From Octopus vulgaris (Eukaryota): 64,000 nucleotides of DNA. Below are positions 12,064 through 25,336 of this stretch, in pieces; position 1 is the stretch's first letter; every line of letters starts with the position of its first letter. Under the pieces are notes generated by a model. That model was not told the DNA's origin and did no database searches. It saw only the letters and a list, made by a program, of their open reading frames with translations. The position numbers and the translations under genes were made by a program. The stretch spans positions 25,048,001-25,112,000 of the forward strand of contig OX597826.1 in the NCBI GenBank assembly GCA_951406725.2, in the 5' to 3' direction.

Positions 12064-12440
12064 GTGGCACTCCGTCGGTTACGACGACGAGAGTTCCAGT
12101 TGATCCGATCAACGGAACAGCCTTCTCGTGAAATTAACGTATAAGTGGCTGAACACTCCAAAGACATGTGTTCCCCTAACGTAGTTCTCGGGGAGATTCA
12201 GCGTGACACAAAGTGTGACAAGGCTGGTCCTCTGAAATACAGGTACAACAGAAAGAGGAAGAGAGAGTGAGTGAAAGTTGTGGTAAAAGAGTACAGCAGG
12301 GTTCTCCACCACCCCCTACCGGAGTCTTGTGGAGCTTTAGGTGTTTTCGCTCATAAACACTCATAACACTCGGTCTACGAATCGAAACCGCGATCCTATG
12401 ACCGCGAGTCCGCTGCCTTAACCACTGGGCTATTGCACCT
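12064..12440 (-). mobile_element. tRNA-derived SINE, same family as 61095-61470
   Basis: Reverse complement has A box TAGCCCAGTGG, B-box-like GGTTTCGATTC and 3' end GTCGTCGTAACCGACGGAGTGCCA. Confidence 0.85.
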
Positions 12441-12443
12441 CAT

Positions 12444-12484
<41 letters not shown>

Positions 12485-13018
12485 GTGCGCGCGCGCGTGT
12501 GCGAGTGTGTGTGTGTGTGGGTGCGTGTCTGTGTGTCGGTGTTGGTTTGTTTATATTTCCGTTCGACAAAAAAAGAAAAAAAGAAAGACAACGATACAAT
12601 AAGTATCAGGCTTTAAAATAAGCACTGGGATCAATTCGTTCGACTAAAGAAATTATTCAAGGCGGTGCCCCAGCATGACCGCAGTCTAAAAACTGAAACA
12701 GTTAAATGATAAAAGATAGAAGATAAACTGCTTCAACAGCAAAGCAATAACAACAAGCAGTAACAGGAAGAGCAACAGGCCATGTAGGCATCGTCCTACA
12801 AGCCATTGACATTAGCGAAGCTTTTGGCTCTATTTTGTTGCTACCCACTTGGAAGCAAAATACATAGCACCCTGTTAACAAAGAATACAGTAGGGAAAAG
12901 AAACTCTCTACGTGGTTGCTCGACCTGCTAGAAATAGCAACTAAATTCTGTCAAACCACATTCTACCAAGGTTAAAACACGAAGGTCACATGGCATAATG
13001 CACTGCCTCCGAACAAAT

Positions 13019-13073
<55 letters not shown>

Positions 13074-13495
13074 GGCGCAGGCGTGGCTCTGTAGTAAGAA
13101 GCTCGCTTCCCAACTACATTGTTCCGGGTTCGGTCCCACTGTGTGGCAACTTGAGAAAATGTCTTTTACTATAGCTTCGTGCTGACCAAAGCTTTGTGAG
13201 TGGATTTGGTGGATGGAAACTGAAAGAAGCCCGCTGTATATATGTACGTATATATGTATATATTTATGTGCGTGAGCATTTGTGTCTGTGTTTGTTCCCC
13301 AATCATCGCTTGACAACCGATGTTGGTGTGTCTACATTCCCCGTAACTTAGCAGTTGGGGAAAAGAGACCGATAGAATAAGTACTAGGCTTACAAAGAAT
13401 AAGTAATGGGGTCGATTTCTTCGACTAAAACCCTTTAAGGTGGTGCTCTAGCATGGCCGCAGTCAAATGATTGAAACAAGTCAAAGAATAAATGA
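13074..13495 (+). mobile_element. Full-length tRNA-derived SINE with an internal microsatellite
   Basis: GGCGCAGGCGTGGCT..GTAAG head, GGGTTCGGTCCC B box, internal (TA/TG)n, 3' GCATGGCCGCAGTCAAATGATTGAAACAAG. Many copies in the window. Confidence 0.85.
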
Positions 13496-13636
13496 ATCAA
13501 AAATAAATGTGTATGTGTGTGTGTGTGTGTGTGTGTAATAACTATCTATAGATCATACTTTATGTAAATACACTGTGCTATTCGTTCAGAGATAACATCT
13601 CTTATGGACGTGATGTGTTTAAAACACACACGCACG

Positions 13637-13711
<75 letters not shown>

Positions 13712-13859
13712 ACACACACACACATCGAAGGGAAACAAAAGTTGTCCCAGAAACGGTTAATGAGATGCATTTCGACCACGTCAGGCCTTTTCAATGGCAT
13801 GTAATCACAGCCAAAATCTCGTCTTAGCATGCGGTTTGTTTGTCGCTGCCACCAATGAC

Positions 13860-14210
13860 TCTCGCGAGACTATCATCCAGGTATGAATGCGTATGTAAGC
13901 AAGCATCCAATAAGGTAACCTCATGTTTTGCATATGTTGGACACACAGGCATAGTGGTGGCCGTGTTGGTGGTGGTTGAAGATTGTTGTTGTTGATCTTT
14001 GAATGGTATTAAGCGTCAGACAATGCGATCTTTTGCCAGTTTTTCTGTTGGGTATGATATACCTTTCACTTTTTCAGCAAGCCTTTAAGCTGGTCTCTCT
14101 ATCTCTTCTGTTGACCTCCCTGTCGTAGGACTCCAGTTTGAAGCTAGGAATAAATGACTGTCTCAGGAAGTTGAGCGTGAGGCGCTGAGCAGGCATGCAG
14201 GGTTTCCATA
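13860..14210 (-). mobile_element. RTE-clade LINE 3' fragment
   Basis: Minus-strand translation LRQGGQQKR*RDQLKGLLKK...EKLAKDRIV*R, typical of RTE ORF C-termini. Confidence 0.6.
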
Positions 14211-14391
14211 CGAACATATATACAAAAAGTAGCAACTTCCATTTTAGAAAACTAAAATATCAGAAATTACTTACAACAGTCACCATTTCACGTACAGCAC
14301 AGTCAGGAAAATAAAATGATACACGGACACATTTAGAATGCTCATTGACACTGTGACCTGGTCAACCAGAAGAAATAATCAGACTAGTATA

Positions 14392-14704
14392 TAACTGAAA
14401 CTGGCACTCCGTCGGTTACGACGACGAGGGTTCCAGCTTGCTCGTGAAATGAACGGGCAAGTGGATGAGCACTTCACAAACACGCGTACCCTGAACGTAG
14501 TTCTCAGAGAGATTCAGCGTGACAAAGAGTGTGACAAGGCAGGCCTTTTGAAATACAAGTATTACTCATTTTTGGCAGTTGAGTGGATTAGAGCAGCATG
14601 AAATAAAGTGTCTTGCACAGGGATATAACATATAGCCGGGAATCGAACTCACAACCTTACGATCGTGAGCCGATTACCCTAGTCACTCAGTCACGCGCCT
14701 TCAC
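14392..14704 (-). mobile_element. tRNA-derived SINE with a 9-bp TSD
   Basis: 3' part homologous to 61095-61470. Flanked by ACTAGTATA at 14383-14391 and 14705-14713. Confidence 0.8.
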
Positions 14705-15224
14705 ACTAGTATACAAATAACTTAACTCCATCAGAGAATATCCCATTCTGTCTTCTGTCTTTTACTTGTCGGCAAAAGATAACGATAGAATAAGTGCCAT
14801 ATTAAAAAAAAAAGGAAACATTAATGCTGGAGCAATTTATTCGACTAAAAACTCTTCGAGACGGTACCCCAGTATGGCTGTAATCCAATGACTGAAACAA
14901 GTAAAAGACAAACGTTAAAGATATCAAATGCCTGGTATACAAGCTTTTGTAAGTAACGAGTGTATATTTCAGATTTGAGCAGCAGATGACAATATGGTTT
15001 CTGAGTACCTCTTCCCGCTAAAGGTACTCAAGGATTCGAACTAGGTATCTGGCTTGAGGATACCTTCCTCTCTCTCGATTAAGAGATTTCATGAAGTACC
15101 ATAGCCCTGTAAAGAGGTATGGTACTGCCTTTCCTTTTCACTAAGCGATAAAGAAAAAAAGATTGACTTAGCTTCTCTCAAAGTATTTGATCCATGACAA
15201 AATAGTTAGCATTTTAACACATTT

Positions 15225-15620
15225 TCCGATTTTACATTCTGAGTCCAAATTCCGCTGAGGTCGACTTTGCTTTTCATCCTTTCGGAATTGAGTGATTGAT
15301 TAAATACCAGTTGAATACAGGGGTCGATGTAATCGATTAGCTCTCTCCTCCCAATTTTAAGGCCTTATGCCTACAGTAGAAAAGATTTTAACACAGAATT
15401 GTGATGAGCTGCCGAAATCTTTAGCACTTCGGACAAAATGCTTAGCGGCAATCTTACGGCTTTACGTCCTGAGTTCAAATTTCATCAAGGTCGACTCTGC
15501 TTTTAATCTTCTCAGAGGCCAAGAAATTGAGTAGCAGTTGAGCACAGGGTTCGAAGTAATCAACTTGAACCCTCCTGCAAACCGCAAATTTTAAGGCCAA
15601 GTACCCCTCGTAGAAAGAAA
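15225..15620 (+). mobile_element. Two tandem Nin-like SINE copies
   Basis: Repeated CTGAGT(C/T)CAAATT...GGTCGACT..GCTTTT.ATC and GTAGAAA tail. Confidence 0.75.
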
Positions 15621-15924
15621 TTTCAACAAAGAATATTTACATGCATCATGTTTTGTTTTGATTAATATGGTATAAAAATACCAACCTAAAATTTGGCTGG
15701 TATTTTTTATATTAATCTCAGTATGACTCGTCGAATAGATCTCATACTTAGCACCCCTACCCACACACACATACAGATCTTTTTATCATTGTATTTGTTT
15801 CAGACATTGGGCTGCGGCCATGCTAGAGTGACGTCTTGAAGGGTTTTAGTCGAACAAATCGAACTCAGTACCACAGTACTTATCATCTATTGCTTTCTAA
15901 GTTTGATACTTATTCTATCGTTTC

Positions 15925-15976
<52 letters not shown>

Positions 15977-16234
15977 ATATCTATCTATCTATCTTTCTAT
16001 CTATCTATCTATCTATCTAGTTATCCTCTTAGATATACAGATAGATAGATACACGACAAGTTTCTTCACTCACAAAGCTTTGGTTGGACCGAGGTTGTAG
16101 TTGAAGATACTTGCCAAAGGTATCGTGCAGTGGGACTGAACGTCAAGGCCACACAAGTGGTAAGCGAGCTTCTTATCCACACAGCCACGCCTATATATAT
16201 ATATATACATACATACATATATATACATATATAT

Positions 16235-16352
<118 letters not shown>

Positions 16353-16626
16353 CCTGCTCGCTTAGCCAGCGGGGTGGCGTCAATCGAAGGCTAAAACAAT
16401 GCGAACGCATTGTGACCAGCGATGTGTAACTACATCTCATGGACGGGTCAGTCACGTGATATATATATATATACACGACGGGCTTCTTTCAGTTTCCATG
16501 TACCAATTCCACTCACAAGGCTTTGATCAGCCCGAGGTGCTACACGATGGATTCAAGCTTGTTACTACACAGCCATGCCTCCTCCTAAATGTGTGTGTGT
16601 ATATATATACACACACACACACGCAC

Positions 16627-16690
<64 letters not shown>

Positions 16691-18913
16691 TTATATATGT
16701 ATGTTTATATATGTATATATATGTATATATGTAAATATATATATATACATACACCATGATATATATATATTCATACATCATGATATATAAAACTTCATAA
16801 TAGATATGAAAACTGACATGAATTGAACGCTAATGTTTAACGATCGAGAATCGGTAATTGACATAGTAATGAAGGTAAATTATTTTTACATTAACAATTG
16901 ATGGTTGAGGAGATGTTTAGATTTTGTTTTAATAATATTTAGGTTGAATGGTGAGAAATAGTTTGCGTTAGGAGGTGAGTATTAGTAACTGGAAGTTAAT
17001 ATTTCTGGTAATGCAGTGAGTAATGCTGTGAGGAAGCTAATAATAAATTAAGAGAGAGAATGTGGATGTCTAAAGCGGGAGATTATATTGCGAGAGAATA
17101 TCTTGAAGGTTAATATTAACAGACAAATAAAATCTGCTTGAAAAATGTGTGCGTGCGTGTGACTCCGTGTTTGTGCTCGTTTCTCTTGATATGTGTGTGT
17201 GTATGTGTGTGTATGTATTATGTATGTGGGTACGTGAACGTATGTATGTGTGTGTGCATGAATAATGTGTTTGTGTGTGCGCGTGTGTTTATTTGTGTGT
17301 GGAATTGTGTGTGAATTTATATATGTATCTGTGCATATGTGTGGGTTTGTGTTTGTGTGTATATGTATGTATGAATGCATGCATTTATATATGTATATAT
17401 ATGTTCATGTGTTTGTGTGAATATATGTGTGTAATTTATAAGTGTATGTGTGTGTGTGTACGTGTGTGTACGTGTGTGTACGTGAATGTATGTGTGTATA
17501 TTTGCATACGTGGACGGTTTTTTTGTCTGTGTACCAAGGGTTAAGTTGGAGGATAAAGCACAGACAAATATCAAAATGACCTGAAAGAAACCTAAATTGT
17601 TACTTTTGTCAGGTATCCGTACAGCAGATTGATATTAAAAGTCATTGTTAGGCACCGAGCCAATTGATATTAAAACGGGGAGGGTTGCAAGAATATAAAC
17701 GAATGCATTGCATTGGAATGAAATGTCCTTCTCAGTAGGAATTCAACTCGGAAGTAAGAAAGACGAAACTTAATACTCTAAGATTTTTGTTTATTTTTAG
17801 TCGAGCTTTACCTTGTTTCTTTTTGTTTTTTTCATTGCTTACTCAGAGATGGGGACATCATTCTGGATTCTTTTGCTAAGACTCAGAGACTAGCGGAAGA
17901 AAAGAAGAAATCGACTGAGATAATGCCTTCAATAGAATGGTCTCTTTTAACGGTAACTCCATTAAAACACCGAATTCTGATCTTGGTACAAAGTGATTTC
18001 AGTGAATTTTGGGGAAGGTTACAATCGATTAAAATCGGCCCCATTTCCTAACTGGTACTTTATTTTATTGAATCTCGAAGCATGGATGTGAACTTCGGCA
18101 TGAGTTGAAATTAGAAATTAGATAAATGTAACTTAATTAGGTAAAGAATTTTAGCTGAGTACTCTCTGTTCTGACGATTCACCGCCATTAAAATATTAGC
18201 TTTTTTTTTCTTCTTTTACTTGCTTCAGTCATTAAATTGCGGCCGTGCTGGGGCACCGCCTTGAAGGGTTTAGTTCAACAAATCGACCCTGGTACTTATT
18301 TTTCTTTTTAAATCTAGTATTTAATTTACCAATCTGTTTTGCGAAACCGCTATATTACAGGGATGTAAACAAACCAATACTGATTGTCAAGAGGTAGCAG
18401 ACGAGTAGACAAGCGCAGACACAAAGAAACCCGCATCTACCAAATTCACTCTCAGGGTCAGCCCGAAGCTAAGGTTGAGGACACTTGCCCAAGCTGCTGC
18501 GCAGTGGAACGGAACTCGAAAGCACGTGGTTGTGAAGCGAACTTCTTAACCATACAACTAGGCTTTTTTGTTTTTCGGATTAGACTACAAAAGTCATATA
18601 TTCTAGAAATATGAAATGGTTTTTGCAGCCATTCGAAAGGCCGAGAGGAAATGCATGAAGAGGATCCAGACGAAGTGTTGATCGAACAAGAGATAGAATT
18701 AAACTACAAAGTCTCCGGAGATACTTACGCCATATTACATATCAACTATCTAAAAGATGTGGTCCTTTACTCGTTCAGTATAACTGAAGCATTCCTTATA
18801 GAAGGTTCTGGAATCAACAGCATCAAACAATACAATGAGTAATTGGTGGGGGATCTTAGGGAAGAAAACGCAATCCAAATAGTCATATACCCTAATCAAC
18901 TGATGTGGACGTT

Positions 18914-19052
<139 letters not shown>

Positions 19053-19070
19053 GTATATATATATATACAA

Positions 19071-19106
<36 letters not shown>

Positions 19107-19882
19107 CACAGACACACTCACACATCCACACACATACATACTTACGCGCATACTCGCAGGCGCGCGCACACACGCGCTTGCGCCGGTTCGCGCACGCATA
19201 CGCGCCGCATGCACCTCGCTCTTGGACCCGACGAGACCTCCCGCCCGTTCCTGGGACCGTCGCTTGTCGTTGGGTTTTCCCACGCCCGCCTCCGCGGGAC
19301 CACTCTTCCATCTTCCCCTCAGCTGGAGTCCTTTTTCCTTACCCCCCCTTTTTCGTTACACACACGCGCACACATATACACACATTGCTTAAATATATAC
19401 ATTACTCTTACACACATTCAATCTACTCGCCATTAATACTACCACGACACTGGACACACACACACACTACTACTCAACACACGCTGGCACGCTACATACG
19501 CCCCCACCGCTTCCCCTCCCTCCCTTCCTCCTTCCTTCTTTTTCTTACTACTGACCTTTGTCTGCTATGCTGACCACTGTCTCGCCCTACCTCACACGCC
19601 TACACACAGACGCACACACTAACACATACATATATTTTTTGTTTTTTTATCTCTCCTCACACACACACATACACACACGCACACGCACACACTCACACAT
19701 ACACACACATCTGTTGCGTTACCAACCTTGTCTCCACTCTTTTGCCTTTAAAAACCTACTTTGCTCTTGTTATCGTAAACTTCCGCCTTTCACCATGTGT
19801 AACTCGTAAACACCAGTCGTTTTTTTTCTCTATCCCTGTTGCCCGCTTTGGGATCTTTCTTTCCTCTCTCTTCCTTCTTTAT

Positions 19883-19917
19883 GTTTCCGACGAAGAGCTC
19901 CGCTCGAAACGTCATAC
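19883..19917 (+). ncRNA. Minimal hammerhead ribozyme motif within a short repeat (about 19826-20011)
   Basis: GTTT-CCGACGA-A-GAGC-TCC-GCTC-GAAA-CGTC-ATAC. U4C core variant, perfect 4-bp helix II, palindromic ACGT, GUC cleavage triplet, one mismatch in helix I. Confidence 0.65.
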
Positions 19918-20004
19918 CTCCCTGCTTCCATTTCCTGAGCGCCTATTAATAATAATACTGTAATTGTTCCATTGTTGTTGTTTTTTTGTTTTCCCGTTTG
20001 GATT

Positions 20005-20080
<76 letters not shown>

Positions 20081-20115
20081 TTAAACGTTCGTGTAGATGT
20101 ATATGTATATATATG

Positions 20116-22574
20116 CAGAGGTGGACACCATTATTTGAAAAGTTAACTTCGTCCATCGTTAATCCGTAAATTCTTTGTAAATGTAATGGAAGTTAACGTT
20201 AACTTTTATTGAAAAAAAAAGCATGTCTACAGTTTAATACTTCACCGACTTCGTTGCCTCATAACTTCCAGAAAAACGGATACTTTTTAACGAAATTTTC
20301 ATCAAATAATCGTTTATATCCTGTAGATTGAGTAAATGTAAAGATTTTTGGGAAAAGTTTTTTCGATAGGTTGAGAGGAGTTTTGGAAAATTCCCAGGAC
20401 TCGTCATTTTCCCCCTCATAACTTTCTGGAAAAAAGTTTTTTTCCAATGAAATTTTATACAGTTACCTTTCAAACGGTGTAGATTACAATTACAAAGAAA
20501 TTTGTAGGCAAAATCTTTGGAAGGGGGCGTGGGGCAAGAGTTTCTGGAAAACGGAGTTTTGGACCAGACGGTCCACATAAGTTCGAATTTCTACGCTTTG
20601 ACGGGATTTTTTTCAAATATTTTCCACCAAAGTCTTCAGAATGATGGGAGGCATCTTTTCACGAAAGAAAAAGAAAAAAAATTTTGAGAAAATTTTTTTT
20701 CATTCCAGCCACCTTTTTACCACCACAGTCCAAAACGATTTTGGCCATTTTTTTCACTACGCATTTAAAACTTGTGTGAGAAAGTTTCGGTTTTGAAAAA
20801 ATTGTTAATAATTTCAGTAGAAAATGTGTGATTTAAGGGAGATCCAGCTGTTGTTTCTAGCTCATCCCAAAACCTCCCTCCTCGTTTCTTTCTCACTCAC
20901 ACAGCTATTGATATTTTTCAATATTTTTCTCCCCATAAGGCGGCGAGTTGGCAAATCGTTAGCACGCCGGGCGAAATGCTTAGCGGTATTTCGTCTGTCT
21001 TTACGTTCTGAGCTCAAATCCCGCCGACGTTGACTTTGCCTTTCATCCTTTCGGAATCGACAAATTAAGTACCAGTTGCGTACTGTGGTCGATCTAATCG
21101 ACTGGACCCATCCCCCCAAAATTTCGGGCCTTGTGTCTAGAGTAGAAAAGAATATTTTTCTCCCCATAAACAAATTTTATGGAATGATGATGTCAAAATA
21201 ACACACGTGTAGTCCTAACCGGGCGACGCCGTGTTATGTGTGTGTGTAAGAAAAAACCCCACCTAAAATCATCTTTAGTGTTCATATTATTCTGTCAAAT
21301 GTAATGCTTCTCTGTTTACATTATTTTGAATTATTCAGGTCCAAGAGGGGCGTCCACAATATTTGCTTGTAACTTTGTAAAGTTTTTACATACAGATTTG
21401 AACTTTTCTGTTGGTGCTTTATATACCATGGTTTATAGTTATGTAATTTTAGCTGACCTTGCTGAGTAAATTTGACTTTTATGGGCCGGTTAAATTTAAT
21501 TAACAGGTGTAAAAGCAATAACATTATGGATAAATGTTAAAATTGAAATTCTTAATGCATCTTACCCGTTTGATTTGTTACTAAAATTATCCAAGATGGC
21601 AACCGACAAAAATTTTGCCACTTTTCAAGATGAGGTACATTAATTTGAATTAATTAAGATACAGGTATAATCGGTACAAGATTTTATTCTTACGGTAAAA
21701 ATTTCATACCTCGGTGTGGAATAATTTTCTTCCACAGTTATTTTCGGATGCATTCAACGTATCAGACCTCCAAACCCACAGCAAGCCGCTTTTTTCGGAA
21801 AAGAAAGGTAGGAGGGGTGGTGGGGACCTCGAAGTTTCCCATCAAAGGAGTTTTGTTTCGCGGGTCTTTTTTTTTTCCAGGTTATTTTGCATCCTTTCAA
21901 CGAATTTGACATCGAAATCATGCATAAACGACTCCTTTTTCTAGAAAGAAAGATCTGGTTGTTATTTCTAGCACGCCCTGCCGAAATATTTACCAACTTT
22001 TTTCCTTCCGTTTATTTTTTCCAATTTATGGAAATCAGTATTTTCTCTGTTGACATCCACCTCAGTTAAGTTTGCTTTTCTCCTAGTTCTGTGCTTTCTG
22101 GAGAATTCTACGAGAATTCACTAACGTGATTTGTTTACTTTTTAAAAAGATTTCGTAGAGGAATTAGATACAACGGGTTTTTACCGGTATAAACACTAAA
22201 GGGTTAAAAGTACCAAACCTATAAAATCACCTTTTTTGACTTTTTTAAGGGCATTAGACTCCATAACTATAGGGTTTTTTTTTGCATTTGAGTTTAAAAA
22301 TTGCTGATTTTATAGTTTTAAATTTTAAAGGGCCTAAAAGAGGCTGAAAGAATGAGACGTGCAATATTAAATTTTCTCTTGTTCTGAAAACAATAGAAAA
22401 TTAAAAAAATTTTCTGGTTTTTATAACGGACTTGAGTTAACGGAATCTAAATGTAACGGAAGTTAATTAGTCCGATAATGATTTTCAAAGTTAACGTAAA
22501 AGTTAAATCGTTAACGGAAATTTTAACTTCGTTAATTAACTATTAACGCATTAACAGACTTACGCCCAACTCTG
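20116..22574. mobile_element. Non-autonomous hAT-type DNA transposon, 2459 bp including a nested SINE
   Basis: Imperfect TIRs CAGAGGTGGAC / GCCCAACTCTG. 8-bp TSD TATATATG at 20108-20115 and 22575-22582. Clustered GTTAA/TAACGG subterminal repeats at both ends. No transposase ORF. Confidence 0.8.
20939..21150 (+). mobile_element. Full-length Nin-like tRNA SINE nested in the hAT element, 19-bp TSD
   Basis: AATATTTTTCTCCCCATAA at 20920-20938 and 21151-21169. GGCGGCGAGTTGGCA head. GACTTTGCCTTTCATCCTTTCGGAATCGACAAATTAAGTACCAG central domain. Confidence 0.92.
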
Positions 22575-22595
22575 TATATATGCTTATATGAATGT

Positions 22596-22645
<50 letters not shown>

Positions 22646-22769
22646 ACACACATTCTTCATTTCACGAGGTCATGATAAAATGACTGTTTTTTCATTATAT
22701 ATATAATCAATGTTGCACAATCATTGTTTATATTCATGTTTCTCTCTCTCTTTCTCTCTTAGCTCTTAG

Positions 22770-23365
22770 ATCCTCCACTGCTGTTAATAAAAAGGGCAAC
22801 GAGCCTTTTTCAGACATCCCGACTGCTCGCCTTTATCCTGGTTCCACTCGAGTCAACTCCCAATGCTATCATTTCGTCCCAGAACGTATAGTGCTACGTC
22901 TTCTCTAGTCCTCCTTTCAGTCTCGTTCCTCCTCTCGGTGTCCACTCCATTACAATTGTAGCATGTTTCGCCTGCAGCCATCGAAGCACATGACCAGTAA
23001 ACCGTATACGCCGCTTAGTCACCACATCCAGCAAACTTTTTATGCCCGCTCTTCACGTCACTTCTTTGCTTCTCATTCTGTCTTGGTAACAGATTCCCAG
23101 CGTCGATGGAACACTTCCAGCAATTGAGAGATCTTCACTGCCTTCTTCCAGATTTCACTGGCGTAGATCACTGTTGGAATAACAATAGTTGAGTATAGCT
23201 GCAGCTATACTCAACTATTTCAACTGATGGTCTTCGATCTTGATAGTTTCCAATCTCCATATTGAACGAAGTCGTTGGAATATAGACATTGCTTTACTTA
23301 TCTTGGTCTTTTCTTCAACTTCTGCATCACCCTCGTTGGAAGTACAGCTTCCAACGATTTTATCT
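22770..23365 (-). mobile_element. RTE-clade LINE, 3' portion
   Basis: VGSCTSNEGDAEVEEKTKISKAMSIFQRLRSIW...LQLYSTIVIPTVIYASEIW...RRIRFTGHVLR...MEWTP. Confidence 0.8.
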
Positions 23366-24235
23366 TGTCTGAGATTGACAGGCGCCACCATTTGACATGG
23401 CTTTAGTCTTTTCAGCGTTAATCCGCATCCCTGCTTTTGCCCCCCCCCCCCCCCCAAGCTGAGTATGTTTTGCGTTGCGGAAAAAGCAGAGAACATAGAA
23501 TGCAATTGCTTATTGATTTCAACGAATTTTTCTGCTTGGTTGCCACTTCTCAATTTCTTCAATGTTGTTCCAGCTAATTTCATGCTAGGTATATTGATAT
23601 AGTTTTGTATGGTAATTATTGACATGAAATTCATTTTGAGCGTAAATCAATAAATAAAGAGTTAATAGTTTTTAAAGTTTTCAAATTTTGGGTAATTTTA
23701 GCTAATCGAAAGCCAAGGTCATATAGATGCATGTTTCCAAAGTAACAAGCGAAGCTGTTACAAAGCTACTTACCAAGTTGTTACCAAGTTATTCAGCCAT
23801 GTGATCAATTTTCTCTTAAATCACGCACCATTTTTTTTTATATAATCGTATGATTTCATATGTGTTGAATACAAATTCGTAAAACTTTTCTGAAAATTAA
23901 AAAAAAAGTAATAAAATAAAATGCTTATGAAATCTTATATGGCGTACGCAAAGCAGAATTCCGCCAATATTTCATTTGTTTAGTTTGATATTAAAACACG
24001 GACAATCATCGCAAAGTTGATATCACATGTAGTCGCGCACAAAATGACAGCTTCCGAATCCTGTTTTCTAACTGGGTAAAAATTTTCAAACTTTAAACCT
24101 CTGTAACTTTTTTAAAACTTTTTTTCTGAAGAAGTGAATTAGGTTCTAAGATTCAGCGTGGAAAATTACATCAATACATCAAATTTGAAACTTTTCACTT
24201 AATTTTAGCATTTCAGAAAGTGCGGCCAAACAGAA

Positions 24236-24600
24236 AAGATCCATTTCACCGACTTTAAGAAAGCATTTGATAGTGTTCACCGAGACACACTGTGGAATAT
24301 CTTGAGAATATATTGGGTCTCGAGCAGATTTATCAACATCTTTCTGTCTCTGTATAGGAATTCACAGTGTTTCCTGAAGACGAGAAGTAAAATCACTGAT
24401 ATGTTCGAAATTGCTACCGGCGTGAGAAAGGTTGCATCTTGTTGCTGTTTCTCTTCCAGATGGTGATTAACTTCATCATGCGGATAGCAATGGAATAACG
24501 TTGGGACTGGACAGATTGAGGGATTTTGATTTTGCAGACGACTTGGCGTTACTAAGCTCTAATAGAGATACACTGTAGGCCATGACAGATAGCTCAAATT
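24236..24600 (+). mobile_element. RTE-clade LINE reverse transcriptase core fragment
   Basis: FTDFKKAFDSVHRDTLWNILRIY...TGVR/GCILLLFLF...LRDFDFADDLALLS, with frameshifts and stops. Confidence 0.85.
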
Positions 24601-25170
24601 CATATTGACCAACATGTTAACTGAGTTATTTAACCCATATGTAGTTGAAACAGCTGTAATCTAGGAGGAAGTGTAATACCAGTACCTCAATTCTTCACCT
24701 GTTATATTATACTGCGCGACTGAAGCAAACTTGCTAGATGTTTTGTTTGTGTGAAACACATGCGTCTACGGAAACATTGTTCCTTTCTATATATTCTGTT
24801 AGTCGGTATTTGGAGGAGTGTTGAATGAGATAAGTGCCTGGATTCCCGGATCCCCTTCCATTTGCTATATATAGGTATAGATATATAGATAGATATTGTT
24901 ATAATAAATGAGTGTAATTCCTTTTTTCTTATTTGCGTTTTACTTTTTTCAATTTTTAAGTCGGTTCCGTTATATATCTTATAACGTCTAACACTCATCC
25001 TTTCTTCTTTGTACATCTTGCCTGTTTCAGAGGCCTTTTCAAGCTCTTTGTTTAAGATTCGTAGCATTTTATAGCATCATGGCAATCCCTTATTGTTAAC
25101 AAAAAGATTATTATTATATTAACCTAGAACTTTCAAATTTAATTAGCAAGAATTTTATTTTGATGTTTGG

Positions 25171-25336
25171 TGACAACAAATCTCGAATCTCAACAGTCTT
25201 TCTTAGGATTCTTGCGAACATAGGATGGTATTTTTCTCCGGGTCAATGATGCACGCATCATTGACCCGGAGAAAAATACCATCCTATGTTCGCAAGAATC
25301 CTAAGAAAGACTGTTGAGATTCGAGATTTGTTGTCA
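25171..25336. repeat. Perfect palindrome, 82-bp arms, 2-nt loop
   Basis: 25171-25252 is the exact reverse complement of 25255-25336. Loop AC. Confidence 0.95.

Noticed and set aside
12380-12440. tRNA genes at SINE heads (also 13074, 20939, 30284, 61095, 63397)
   Set aside because: A and B boxes are present but no complete cloverleaf, and each continues into a repeated SINE body.
19200-19310. HDV-like or hammerhead ribozyme in the GC-rich island (CCGACGAGACC..)
   Set aside because: I could not build the required helices or find a GAAA partner on either strand.
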